Shown one piece after another: positions 1 through 8,815 of a DNA stretch of 64,000 bases. The translations under genes were made by a program, and so were the position numbers. Each line of letters starts with the position of its first letter. Within the stretch, counting starts at the first letter, position 1. Source of the stretch: Deltaproteobacteria bacterium (GTDB lineage Bacteria; Myxococcota; UBA727; JABDBI01); the NCBI GenBank assembly GCA_016432245.1, contig CP066680.1:238303-302302 (forward strand). Direction: 5' to 3'. Under the pieces are notes generated by a model. It worked only from the letters and a program-made list of their open reading frames with translations. It did no database searches and was not told where the DNA came from.

Positions 1-1
1 T

Positions 2-166
2 TATTCTTTAAATAGAGTAATTTGGGCAAATAACATTTCTACACTTGCCAGAATACTTCCCTTATTATTAAAAAAAAAAGATGTTATTCTACTTAAAGGC
101 TCAAGAAAATATCACATAGAACGAGTTGCATACTATCTCTCCAAGTTATATAAGCAGAAATATTAA
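2..166 (+). CDS. murF: C-terminal fragment of a MurF-like Mur ligase (5' end outside window)
   Basis: Frame 2 reads ...ARILPLLLKKKDVILLKGSRKYHIERVAYYLSKLYKQKY*, which resembles the MurF C-terminal block gDvvLvKGSRg..lE.vv. Stop TAA at 164-166. Not in the ORF track because it is partial. Confidence 0.45.
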   Translation, partial: YSLNRVIWANNISTLARILPLLLKKKDVILLKGSRKYHIERVAYYLSKLYKQKY

Positions 167-834
167 ATACAAAATCTAATATTACTAATAGTTTTAAATT
201 CAGAAGATCTCTTCAGATAATTAATAAAATATAACTTCATACTTTCCATTAAAGTGAGATTTTCTTTAGATACTTGAATAAGTCCTATTTTTTTCATTCT
301 ATCAAGATATCCTAAAAACCGTAAATCTCTACCCCATTTAAAATTATCTATCTCTTTATAATTTAATATAAGAAAGTTATGATTTTTCAATACGTTTTTT
401 TTCCAAAAAGACAATATTAATGTATGACGAAAAAAAACTTTGTTTAATTTTTTCAATCTTTTATTTAGGTTAAAATTTCGATACAAAGCTTGTTTGTTCG
501 TAAAACTCTTAAATTGATGATACTGAATAATCACATTTGCAATATAATAGCTACAAATCCAAATAATATCTTTTTTGCAAATGTTTTTTATGCCAAATTC
601 TAAGACCATATTTTCTATGAAATTTTCAATAGCAAAATAATAATCTAAAAATTTTTTATCACACCATAATTTATACGTAACAATAAATGCTCTATTTAAT
701 ATTATTGAAAAAGTATAACAGTTCTGTCTCTCAATGTATAACGAATCATAAATTCGCATAAATTCAAGCGCTAATTTATATGTATTAAAAACTATTCCAG
801 CTTTATGATTTTTAATCCAGGCTTTTTTATTCAC
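163..834 (-). CDS. hypothetical protein (orphan, K/N/I/F/Y-rich)
   Basis: 223-aa ORF whose start overlaps the rplI stop by 8 nt. I recognise no motif. An ORF this long is unlikely by chance in stop-rich AT DNA. Confidence 0.45.
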   Translation of the reverse strand: MNKKAWIKNHKAGIVFNTYKLALEFMRIYDSLYIERQNCYTFSIILNRAFIVTYKLWCDKKFLDYYFAIENFIENMVLEFGIKNICKKDIIWICSYYIANVIIQYHQFKSFTNKQALYRNFNLNKRLKKLNKVFFRHTLILSFWKKNVLKNHNFLILNYKEIDNFKWGRDLRFLGYLDRMKKIGLIQVSKENLTLMESMKLYFINYLKRSSEFKTISNIRFCI

Positions 835-1273
835 TTTCTGATAAAACGACTACTTTTACCCACATATTTTCTTGGCCTGATATACATATTTGAATAAAAT
901 AAGAACCCAGTGTTTTAATTGGCTTACTGTATCTAATATTAAATTTTTCAATAAAAATACTCTTAAAAAGTTCTTTTATATGATGTAAATTTATTGATCC
1001 AAATAACTTTCCAAATTTTCCAGACTTTGCCTTAATAATAACACAAGTCTCATACACACCCTTCTGCAATAAATTACTTTCACCATGAAAATCTTCCCTA
1101 TAGCTTTCTAATTTGCTAGGCTTTGATACTAAAAAATCCTTCTTTAAGATCTCTACTGTCCTTGTTGGGCATAAATAATTTCTTGCATATCCTTTTCTTA
1201 CCGAAATAACATCCCCTTTTTTTCCTAAAATAATATCATCTCTTAACAATTTTACTTCCACTAGTTTTAGCAT
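827..1273 (-). CDS. rplI: 50S ribosomal protein L9
   Basis: N-terminus LLRDDIILGKKGDVISVRKGYARNYLCP matches the bL9 signature (GkkGd.v.V..GYARNyL.P). Confidence 0.9.
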   Translation of the reverse strand: MLKLVEVKLLRDDIILGKKGDVISVRKGYARNYLCPTRTVEILKKDFLVSKPSKLESYREDFHGESNLLQKGVYETCVIIKAKSGKFGKLFGSINLHHIKELFKSIFIEKFNIRYSKPIKTLGSYFIQICISGQENMWVKVVVLSESE

Positions 1274-1287
1274 TTTAACTCCTTAGT

Positions 1288-1662
1288 CTAATAGTCCAAA
1301 GTATTTTCCACCACTTCTCGAATATGTGGCACTAAAATCGCATCGAATTGCTCTCTGAAAACACTTTGATTCACATTCTTTTTTAATAAAATACATTGCT
1401 TCAATAATATCATATTGCTTGAATTTAATGCCTCTTCATATTTTTCAATTACACCAGAATTTCCTAAAAAATGATGACAAACAAAAATCCCTTGCCTATA
1501 CCCTTTTCGCTTCCATGCTAACCACCTTTTACCCCAACAGCTAATCCTTAAGCTTTTACCTCTTGTCTCAATTACTAAATGTTTCATTTTTAGCATAAAG
1601 TTCTTTGCAAATGTATCATTTACTTCTGGTTTTAACACATAAACATATTCATATTCACGCAT
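1288..1662 (-). CDS. rpsF: 30S ribosomal protein S6
   Basis: MREYEYVYVLKPE ... WGKRWLAWKRKGYRQG follows the bS6 pattern (MR.YE..., WG.R.LAY.i.....G.Y). Confidence 0.85.
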   Translation of the reverse strand: MREYEYVYVLKPEVNDTFAKNFMLKMKHLVIETRGKSLRISCWGKRWLAWKRKGYRQGIFVCHHFLGNSGVIEKYEEALNSSNMILLKQCILLKKNVNQSVFREQFDAILVPHIREVVENTLDY

Positions 1663-1740
1663 ACTTATTTTAAATACACTTGATATTACATTTATGCAAG
1701 TAACATTTTTCTTCTAAAATAAAAAATATTTTTTAGTATC

Positions 1741-2574
1741 TTAAGCTGCATATGGATGATACAAGTTGTAAGATTTCAATAAATAATCTAAATGCACTCC
1801 TATATAGCGCTGTGTAGTCGATATGCTAGTATGACCTAGAAGCTCCTGAATTTCTTTTAAATTTGCTCCATTCTCTAATAAATGCGTTGCAAAAGAATGT
1901 CTAAAACGGTGTGGAAATACTCGATCTATTCCTACTGCTTTTCCTAATCGTGCAATTACTGTTCTTACGGCTCGACAGCTCATCCTTTTGTTATTAGCAC
2001 CTACAAATAAAGGTCCTTTCTTTCTCAACCCTATATAGTTCTCCAAATATCTACAACACTCATGATGAAATGGCACAATCCTTTCTTTATTTCCCTTTCC
2101 ACACACAATCGCAATTTTATTCTCAAAATCCACCTTTTCGATATCTAATGCTACCAACTCTGAGCAGCGCACACCTGTTGCGTATAAAAATTCTACAATA
2201 GACTTATCTCTACCGCTAGCATTATCGCTTAACAAAAAAACTTCAAAGACCGTCAATGACTTCGGTAACACCACCGGCATTTTCAATTTCTCAAGAAAAT
2301 CCATAGGGGACTGTTCTAAAATACCTTCAATGATTAACCATTTAAAAAAAGATCTTAATACACTAATCTTTCTAACAATTGACACAACTTTATATTTACT
2401 TTTTAAATAAACTAAAAATTGCCTAATATCTTCAAACGATATTTCACCTATCCCCTTTTCTGAATAAAATATAAAAAATTGATATAAATCAAAAGAATAT
2501 GCCCGAATGGTAATTAATGATAATCCTTTTATAATCTTTTGATATTCTAAAAAATTCCATATTTCTTTTTTCAT
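1741..2574 (-). CDS. tyrosine recombinase, XerC/XerD family
   Basis: ATGVRCSEL ... HRFRHSFATHLLENGANLKEIQELLGHTSISTTQRY, the catalytic R..HxxR..H..Y box. Ends in an HPYAA-type tail. Confidence 0.9.
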   Translation of the reverse strand: MKKEIWNFLEYQKIIKGLSLITIRAYSFDLYQFFIFYSEKGIGEISFEDIRQFLVYLKSKYKVVSIVRKISVLRSFFKWLIIEGILEQSPMDFLEKLKMPVVLPKSLTVFEVFLLSDNASGRDKSIVEFLYATGVRCSELVALDIEKVDFENKIAIVCGKGNKERIVPFHHECCRYLENYIGLRKKGPLFVGANNKRMSCRAVRTVIARLGKAVGIDRVFPHRFRHSFATHLLENGANLKEIQELLGHTSISTTQRYIGVHLDYLLKSYNLYHPYAA

Positions 2575-2599
2575 CTACCAACGTTGCAATATGCAATAT

Positions 2600-3316
2600 C
2601 TAATTTTTCGACACTTGATATCGAACAAATCGAATTACCTCAACTCCATTTTCTTTTAAATATTCTCCTACCGTTTTAGTCGGATCTTTTAAATATTTTT
2701 GATTATACAAAACAGAATCATTCTCTTCTTTCTCCCCTACTAGAGAAGATGTCTCTTTTATCATTTCTTTCACTGTTAAATATTTAGGAGACAATGCAAC
2801 CACTTGCATTGCAATATTTTTTCCGATTTCCGTCTCAAAATCTATTTTTGTTACAATTTTTAATGCTACAACTGCACCCACTTGGCCTCCTGTATGAACA
2901 TATGCACCATACATATCTCCACCTTCAATAGTCTCCACTCTTCTTATTCTAATATTTTCCCCAATTACAGATATTGCCTGAGAAATTAATTTTTGTGCCT
3001 CCTTATCAGATGCTATATCAACTTTCTGCACCAATTGAACTAATTGCAATACGCATTGAGAAAACTCTTTGCTTCTCGCAGCAAAATCAGTTTCACAATT
3101 AACTTCAATTATACTCATCTTAGTCTCCCCTGCATGTATGGCAACCATGCCTTCTTTTGCCTCTTTTTTAGCATATTTAAACCCTTTATCTTGACTCTCT
3201 AAATATATAATAGCCTCTTCTAAAGATCCTGTGCGTTTTAATGCACTCTTGCAATCCATCACTCCTGCTCCTGTTTTCTCTCTTAACTCTTTTATCAATT
3301 CTAATGATTCTTTCAT
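2600..3316 (-). CDS. tsf: elongation factor Ts
   Basis: LIKELREKTGAGVMDCKSAL N-terminal domain. I moved the start to Met16 (ATG 3314-3316), which is preceded by GGAGGA. The longer ORF start would overlap rpsB by 26 nt. Confidence 0.9.
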   Translation of the reverse strand: MKESLELIKELREKTGAGVMDCKSALKRTGSLEEAIIYLESQDKGFKYAKKEAKEGMVAIHAGETKMSIIEVNCETDFAARSKEFSQCVLQLVQLVQKVDIASDKEAQKLISQAISVIGENIRIRRVETIEGGDMYGAYVHTGGQVGAVVALKIVTKIDFETEIGKNIAMQVVALSPKYLTVKEMIKETSSLVGEKEENDSVLYNQKYLKDPTKTVGEYLKENGVEVIRFVRYQVSKN

Positions 3317-3335
3317 ATAATTTTCCTCCAATTTT

Positions 3336-4064
3336 TTACGGTGTCCTTTCAATATATGCATTTTTATCTAATTTTTCTACTATATTTTTCGCACCTTCTA
3401 TACATGCATTTGCAATATTCTGAATAATCAAAGATACTACCCGAATTGAATCATCATTTGCTGGAATAGGATAATCTACCATATCTGGATTACAGTTAGT
3501 ATCAACAATCGAAATAACTGGAATATCTAATTTACGAGCTTCTCTAATCGCACTTTGCTCTGATTTTGGATCAAGAACAAATATTATTTTTGGCAATGCT
3601 TGCATATCCCTAATCCCATTAAAGGTCGCATATAACTTCGCATATTCTCGTTTTAATAGCACAACCTCTTTTTTAGGTAATTTTTCAAAAGTTCCATCTG
3701 TAGACATTCTTTTAACTTCTCTCATTCTATCAATTGACACTTTTAATGATTTAAAATTAGTCAACATCCCTCCAAGCCATCGATAGTTTATATAAAATTG
3801 ATTGCTTCTTTCTGCTTCTTTTAAAATAACTTCTTGTGCTTCTTTTTTTAAGCCTAAAAATAAAACTTTACCCCCTTTTGCAACTTCATTAACCACAAAA
3901 TGATAAGCTCGATCCAATAAAGTTACCGTTTGTTGCAAATCAATCACATGAATACCATTTTTTACCGTAAAAATATATTTTCTCATTCTAGGATCCCACC
4001 GACGAGCCTGGTGGCCATAGTGAGCTCCAACTTCTAACAATTCTTTTATTCCAATAGCTTGCAT
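3336..4064 (-). CDS. rpsB: 30S ribosomal protein S2
   Basis: LLEVGAHYGHQARRWDPRMRKYIF and the VDTNCNPD block, typical of uS2. Confidence 0.95.
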   Translation of the reverse strand: MQAIGIKELLEVGAHYGHQARRWDPRMRKYIFTVKNGIHVIDLQQTVTLLDRAYHFVVNEVAKGGKVLFLGLKKEAQEVILKEAERSNQFYINYRWLGGMLTNFKSLKVSIDRMREVKRMSTDGTFEKLPKKEVVLLKREYAKLYATFNGIRDMQALPKIIFVLDPKSEQSAIREARKLDIPVISIVDTNCNPDMVDYPIPANDDSIRVVSLIIQNIANACIEGAKNIVEKLDKNAYIERTP

Positions 4065-4178
4065 ATATTATCCTATATATTTATTCTATACCTTAAGCAA
4101 AATATTTTGCAATAAAAATATTTATTATTTTTTATTATTATATCTTGGTTTTTTTTAAATATCTATTAAAATAAAAAT

Positions 4179-4385
4179 ATGAAGATACAGATACATCCTA
4201 AATACTATGAAGTAACAATATCTTGTGCCTGCGGTATGAAGCACTTAACAAAATCTACAAAGCAATATAATGTAGATATTTGCTCTTCTTGTCATCCTTA
4301 TTTTACTGGAAAATCAAAATTAGTTGATGCAGAAGGTAGAATTGATCGATTCAGAAAAAAATATAAAATTCCTATTTCTGAATAA
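4179..4385 (+). CDS. rpmE: 50S ribosomal protein L31
   Basis: [10 protein letters not shown]...[28 protein letters not shown] matches bL31. Confidence 0.9.
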   Translation: MKIQIHPKYYEVTISCACGMKHLTKSTKQYNVDICSSCHPYFTGKSKLVDAEGRIDRFRKKYKIPISE

Positions 4386-4509
4386 TTTATGTTAACATCA
4401 TTTATCTTAGCTATAAATGCATTTATTCTCGTTATTCTAATCCCAATTATATTTGCAATACGATTAATTTTCATTATTTGGAAAAAACAATAAAACATCT
4501 TACTTTCTT

Positions 4510-5556
4510 ATGATAGAAAAAGAATTACAAGAATACAACACCATTTATACTAAAATATTAAACGAAATTTCTGAATTAAGTGCTAAAAAACTTGATTCTT
4601 ACCTATCTCAAAGAAAAAATAGATTAGAAACGATAATCAATTTATTTCATTCAGTTAAAAATAAAGAAAAGCTCATTGAAGAAAATAAAACATTTTTAAT
4701 GGACCAAGATCTTGAAATTCAAGAACTTGCTCTATTAGAAAATGCAAATTTAGAAAACGAAATAAATCTTCTTAAAAGTAAAATAAAAACTATTTTTAGT
4801 GCCAATGCGCCCATTTCTAATAACATTATCGTAGAAATTAGAGCAGGAACTGGCGGTGATGAAGCCTCAATATTTGCATTTGATTTTTTTCAAATGTACT
4901 CGAGATTCTGCGAGCGCAAGCAATGGAAGTTATCTTTAATGTCAAAATCCGAATCTTTTCGAGGAGGGATTAAAGAAATTATTTTTTCTATTTCTGGAGA
5001 AAACGTTTTTTCTTGGTTTGAATTTGAATCTGGTGTACATAGAGTTCAACGCATTCCAGAAACAGAAACTCAAGGAAGAATTCATACATCGACTTGCAGC
5101 GTTGCTGTTTTTAACACAAATCAAAATAAAGAAATAAAGATTGAGGATAAAGACCTGCGCATCGATGTTTTCAGATCAAGTGGGCCTGGTGGACAATCAG
5201 TTAATACAACCGATTCTGCTGTGAGGATTACACATATACCCTCCGGTATGTCCGTTCAATGCCAAGATGAAAAAAGTCAATTCAAAAATAAGACAAAGGC
5301 ATTAAAAATATTAAAAGCAAGATTGTCTACATTGAAAGAAAAAGAAGAAGCATCCTGTAAAGCTATAAAACGTAGAGAAATGATAAAATCTGGTGACCGT
5401 TCTGAGAAAATTAGAACTTATAATTTTCCACAAGACCGGTGTACAGACCATAGAATTAACATGTCTTTTCATAATTTAGGTAAATTATTTAGCGGAAATT
5501 TAGAAGAATTTCTCAGTCAAATCAAAACTAATATGTACAAAACCAAAAAAACTTAA
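4510..5556 (+). CDS. prfA: peptide chain release factor 1
   Basis: GGQ motif (SGPGGQSVNTTDSAVRITHIPSG) and an RF1-type PxT tripeptide in RIPETETQGRIHTS. Confidence 0.9.
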   Translation: MIEKELQEYNTIYTKILNEISELSAKKLDSYLSQRKNRLETIINLFHSVKNKEKLIEENKTFLMDQDLEIQELALLENANLENEINLLKSKIKTIFSANAPISNNIIVEIRAGTGGDEASIFAFDFFQMYSRFCERKQWKLSLMSKSESFRGGIKEIIFSISGENVFSWFEFESGVHRVQRIPETETQGRIHTSTCSVAVFNTNQNKEIKIEDKDLRIDVFRSSGPGGQSVNTTDSAVRITHIPSGMSVQCQDEKSQFKNKTKALKILKARLSTLKEKEEASCKAIKRREMIKSGDRSEKIRTYNFPQDRCTDHRINMSFHNLGKLFSGNLEEFLSQIKTNMYKTKKT

Positions 5557-5726
5557 TTGACCATTTTATGTTCGCCTATTGTTTGGCACCTATCACACAT
5601 TAAATGGTTCAATTTGCTATGGCCACAAATTTCACAAAATACAACTTGAGAAGCCTTATATCTCATATTCGCACTTCGTTGCATTCTACTTTTAGATCTA
5701 GATTTTCGCCCATATGGTACTGGCAT
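5553..5726 (-). CDS. rpmF: 50S ribosomal protein L32
   Basis: Hand translation gives MPVPYGRKSRSKSRMQRSANMRYKASQVVFCEICGHSKLNHLMCDRCQTIGEHKMVN* (57 aa). It has the bL32 pattern (M.VP.rK.SkS.r..Rra) plus a CxxC...CxxC zinc ribbon. It falls below the 60-aa ORF-track cutoff. Confidence 0.8.
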   Translation of the reverse strand: MPVPYGRKSRSKSRMQRSANMRYKASQVVFCEICGHSKLNHLMCDRCQTIGEHKMVN

Positions 5727-5781
5727 ATTGTTATGCTTACGATCATTTAGTAGCTATGTCAAGCTTTTTATAGAATTTCAA

Positions 5782-5853
5782 TGGAGCCAAGCGGGCTCGA
5801 ACCGCCGACCTCTTGAATGCCATTCAAGCGCTCTACCACTAAGCTATGACCCC
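5782..5853 (-). tRNA. tRNA-Ala (anticodon GGC)
   Basis: Cloverleaf folded by hand: ggggtca/ta/gctt-agtggta-gagc/g/cttga-atGGCat-tcaag/aggtc/ggcgg-ttcgagc-ccgct/tggctcc/a. Has the G3:U70 identity pair. No encoded CCA. Confidence 0.85.
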
Positions 5854-5877
5854 AATTGATTTTCTTTGATAAAAATA

Positions 5878-7476
5878 TTAAATTGATAATGGCGTTGCCA
5901 ATTTTTCGTACAAATTAATTTTATGCCCCGTTGGAAACATATCTAAAATATTATTCCATGTTATTTCTGGTAAATTTAACATTTTTTCAACTTTCCCAAC
6001 CATAATCGGCATAATCGGCTTTAAAAGTCCAACACAAACTTTTGATACCCACAATGATATTGATAACACTTCGTGAGCACTTCCCCCTAGAGGCCCTTTA
6101 TGACTCCAGGGTTGCTTATCTTGTACATACTTATTTGCCAAAGTACAAAGCGCCATTATGTATTTAATTATTTTAAATGTATTTAAACTATAATATAATA
6201 AAATCGTTTCTGTACAAATGTTTTTAATTTCCTTAAGATCAATATCCTTTGTGTTTTCACTTACATTACAAACAGTACTTGCATAATGCACATTCAATAA
6301 TTTTATAACTCTACTTAACAAATTTACAATTGAAAAAACAATGTCAGAATTTGTCTTGTTTACAAAATCCTGAAATGAAAAATCAATGTCTTCAATCTTT
6401 AAAGAAAGCTTGCTAGCAAAGTAAAACCGTAAAAACTCAGGAGGATTATTCTTTAAAAAATCTTCGGCTAATATAAATGTATTTTTTGACTTTGACATCT
6501 TAGCCCCCCCTACTGTAACCATGCCATGTACATATATCTTAGTTGGCAAGCGGTAATCCATTCCTTGCAATATCGCAGGCCAAAATAACGCATGGAAATA
6601 AACAATATCCTTTCCTATAAAGTGAATAATTTCTACTTCTTTTTCATTATGTTTTTTTGTCCATAAATCCAAGCACCCACTTTTCTCGCACAAGCTAATA
6701 TAGGAAATCGGTGCATCCAGCCACACATAAAAATACTTATTTAACTCTTCCGGGATTAAAAATCCAAAATATGGTGGATCTCTTGTGATATCCCAATCTT
6801 TCAATCCTTTTTTAAACCAATCTTTTAACATTTCTCTAATTTCAGGCTGAAAAACCTCTGAAGATTCGATCCAAGCCTCCAAAAAAATGGCATATTTCTT
6901 TAATTTAAAAAAATAATGATCGCTTACTCGGATATTTGGCACTGTTCCACTCAATACGCTTATTGGATTTAATAATTCCGTTGGCTTATATACTGAGTTG
7001 CAAATATCGCATATGTCTCCATACTGATTTTTCGAAAAACAATATGGACATTCTCCTTGGACATATCTATCTGGTAAAAAGCGACCTTGTTGTTCATCAT
7101 ACAATTGTGAAACCTCCTCTTTTACAATCTCTCCTTTGGCCTTTAAGGCCAAAAAAAAGATCTCTACATTTTTTTTATTCTCTATACAATGAGAACTGCG
7201 ATACCCATCTGTAAACTCTATACCAAAAATCTTTAAAACATACTCATGTTGTCTTCTCCATCTCTCTACATATTGTAAAACATCTTCATTTTGCTTTGCT
7301 GCATTTATCTCAATAGGTGTTCCATGTACATCAGCTCCACAAATAAAAAAACAAGTATTAGATTTATCCATCCTTAATGCTTTTACAAATATATCTGCTT
7401 GTATATGTTCTAATAGATGCCCTAGATGTAATGGCCCATTCGCATACGGTAAAGCTGCAGTGACTATATATTTCAT
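5878..7476 (-). CDS. metG: methionyl-tRNA synthetase
   Basis: PYANGPLHLGHLLEH (HIGH-type motif), KMSKS, and zinc knuckles CPYC...CDIC. At 532 aa it lacks a C-terminal tRNA-binding extension. Confidence 0.95.
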   Translation of the reverse strand: MKYIVTAALPYANGPLHLGHLLEHIQADIFVKALRMDKSNTCFFICGADVHGTPIEINAAKQNEDVLQYVERWRRQHEYVLKIFGIEFTDGYRSSHCIENKKNVEIFFLALKAKGEIVKEEVSQLYDEQQGRFLPDRYVQGECPYCFSKNQYGDICDICNSVYKPTELLNPISVLSGTVPNIRVSDHYFFKLKKYAIFLEAWIESSEVFQPEIREMLKDWFKKGLKDWDITRDPPYFGFLIPEELNKYFYVWLDAPISYISLCEKSGCLDLWTKKHNEKEVEIIHFIGKDIVYFHALFWPAILQGMDYRLPTKIYVHGMVTVGGAKMSKSKNTFILAEDFLKNNPPEFLRFYFASKLSLKIEDIDFSFQDFVNKTNSDIVFSIVNLLSRVIKLLNVHYASTVCNVSENTKDIDLKEIKNICTETILLYYSLNTFKIIKYIMALCTLANKYVQDKQPWSHKGPLGGSAHEVLSISLWVSKVCVGLLKPIMPIMVGKVEKMLNLPEITWNNILDMFPTGHKINLYEKLATPLSI

Positions 7477-7485
7477 TTTTTATCT

Positions 7486-7557
7486 TGGGCACAATAGGAT
7501 TCGAACCTATGACTTTTACTATGTGAAAGTAACACTCTCCCTCTGAGTTATGCACCC
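7486..7557 (-). tRNA. tRNA-Val (anticodon CAC)
   Basis: gggtgca/ta/actc-agaggga-gagt/g/ttact-ttCACat-agtaa/aagtc/atagg-ttcgaat-cctat/tgtgccc/a. Confidence 0.85.
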
Positions 7558-7678
7558 ATTTGATAAATAATACTTATATTTTAAATGTGCAAGATTTATC
7601 TTAATTATCTAATCCATATATCCAAAACAAATAATAAAAACCCTTTTGCTTTTTTTTTATTAAATTTAAGATAAATTA

Positions 7679-8815
7679 ATGAAATTACATCATGGAATAT
7701 ATATTCACATTCCTTTTTGTCCACAACGATGTCCTTACTGCAATTTCTTTTCATTGGTGAAAAAAATTCCTTCTGTTTTTTCATCTTCTTTAATTCATGA
7801 ATTTTCTATCAGAAAACAGGCATGGAGCTCAGAAGCTCGATCTATCTATTTTGGTGGAGGAACTCCTAGTTTACTTCCATTATCTCAAGTCAAGAAAATA
7901 GTTGAATCACTCAATACACGCACTAATGAAATATCTATAGAAATAAACCCTGAGCACGCGAGAAATACATATTTAAAAAAATTAAAGGCCATTGGTATTT
8001 CGAGAGTGAGTCTCGGAATTCAGAGCCTCGATAATTCTTCCTTAAAACAACTTAATAGAAACCACGATAAAAAAAAGGCTCATGCTGCAATTAAAAATGC
8101 CAAAAATGCTAACTTTAAATCAATATCAATTGACTTAATTATTGGCCTAAAAGAAGACTCTACTATAAAAACACTGGATGATATATTAAAAAAATCCAAA
8201 ATCGATCATATAAGCATATATCCATTACAAATAAAGCCATTTACTTTATTTAACAGATCAATAAAAAATCCAAATCTCTATAATAATATTCTTAAATCAT
8301 TTAGCCAATTAATAACATTTACAAAAAAAAATAAATTCATTCAATACGAATTTTCTAGCTTTTCATCATCTAAAAAACATGAATGTTTACATAATAAACT
8401 ATATTGGAATAGCAAAAACTACCTCGGAATTGGCCCAAGCGCCCATTCTATGCTAAATCTTCCCGATGGTTCACGTTTAAGATCTCATAACCATTTTAAT
8501 TTATCGAAATATGTCGAGAAACCTAATCCAATATCTTTTTATGAAGAAGTACTTTCTCCTAAAGAATCTTTCTTAGAATCATGCTGGCTAGGATTAAGAA
8601 ATTTAAAAGATGGCATATCTCTAATTCCGCTTTTAAAATTACATCAAATAAATATTAAGAACCAAAAAACATATAAAAAAATCTTCTCTCAATTAAAATT
8701 TAAAAAAAAACAATTCAACATTAAAATACACTCTTATAACTGCATTCAAAAACAACAATCGCCTATTACTCAACAAGTGTTTAATCTTATAATGAAATCT
8801 ATTAATCAAATTTAG
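7679..8815 (+). CDS. hemW: radical SAM protein, HemW/HemN-like (heme chaperone or oxygen-independent coproporphyrinogen oxidase family)
   Basis: IYIHIPFCPQRCPYCNFFS (CxxxCxxC) followed by SIYFGGGTPS, as in the HemN/HemW family. Confidence 0.8.
   Translation: MKLHHGIYIHIPFCPQRCPYCNFFSLVKKIPSVFSSSLIHEFSIRKQAWSSEARSIYFGGGTPSLLPLSQVKKIVESLNTRTNEISIEINPEHARNTYLKKLKAIGISRVSLGIQSLDNSSLKQLNRNHDKKKAHAAIKNAKNANFKSISIDLIIGLKEDSTIKTLDDILKKSKIDHISIYPLQIKPFTLFNRSIKNPNLYNNILKSFSQLITFTKKNKFIQYEFSSFSSSKKHECLHNKLYWNSKNYLGIGPSAHSMLNLPDGSRLRSHNHFNLSKYVEKPNPISFYEEVLSPKESFLESCWLGLRNLKDGISLIPLLKLHQINIKNQKTYKKIFSQLKFKKKQFNIKIHSYNCIQKQQSPITQQVFNLIMKSINQI

Noticed and set aside
70-79. Long A/T homopolymers inside coding regions (10 A at 70-79, 9 A at 12620-12628, others of 8-9 nt) as programmed slippage sites
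   Set aside because: All examined tracts are in frame within intact ORFs (for example LLLKKKD in murF). No frameshifted gene in the window needs rescue.
1741-2574. Two tyrosine recombinases (also 31998-32864) as markers of integrated mobile elements
   Set aside because: Both have XerC/XerD architecture and sit among housekeeping genes. No flanking repeats, cargo genes, or att-like tRNA duplications are present. They most likely form the chromosome dimer-resolution pair.
2600-3361. Longer 253-aa form of tsf overlapping rpsB by 26 nt
   Set aside because: The extra 15 residues (MHILKGHRKKLEENY) are not EF-Ts-like. Met16 is preceded by GGAGGA and gives the canonical N-terminus.
7364-7555. 63-aa minus-strand ORF spanning tRNA-Val and the metG start
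   Set aside because: It overlaps tRNA-Val(CAC) and the metG 5' end out of frame, and has no independent support.
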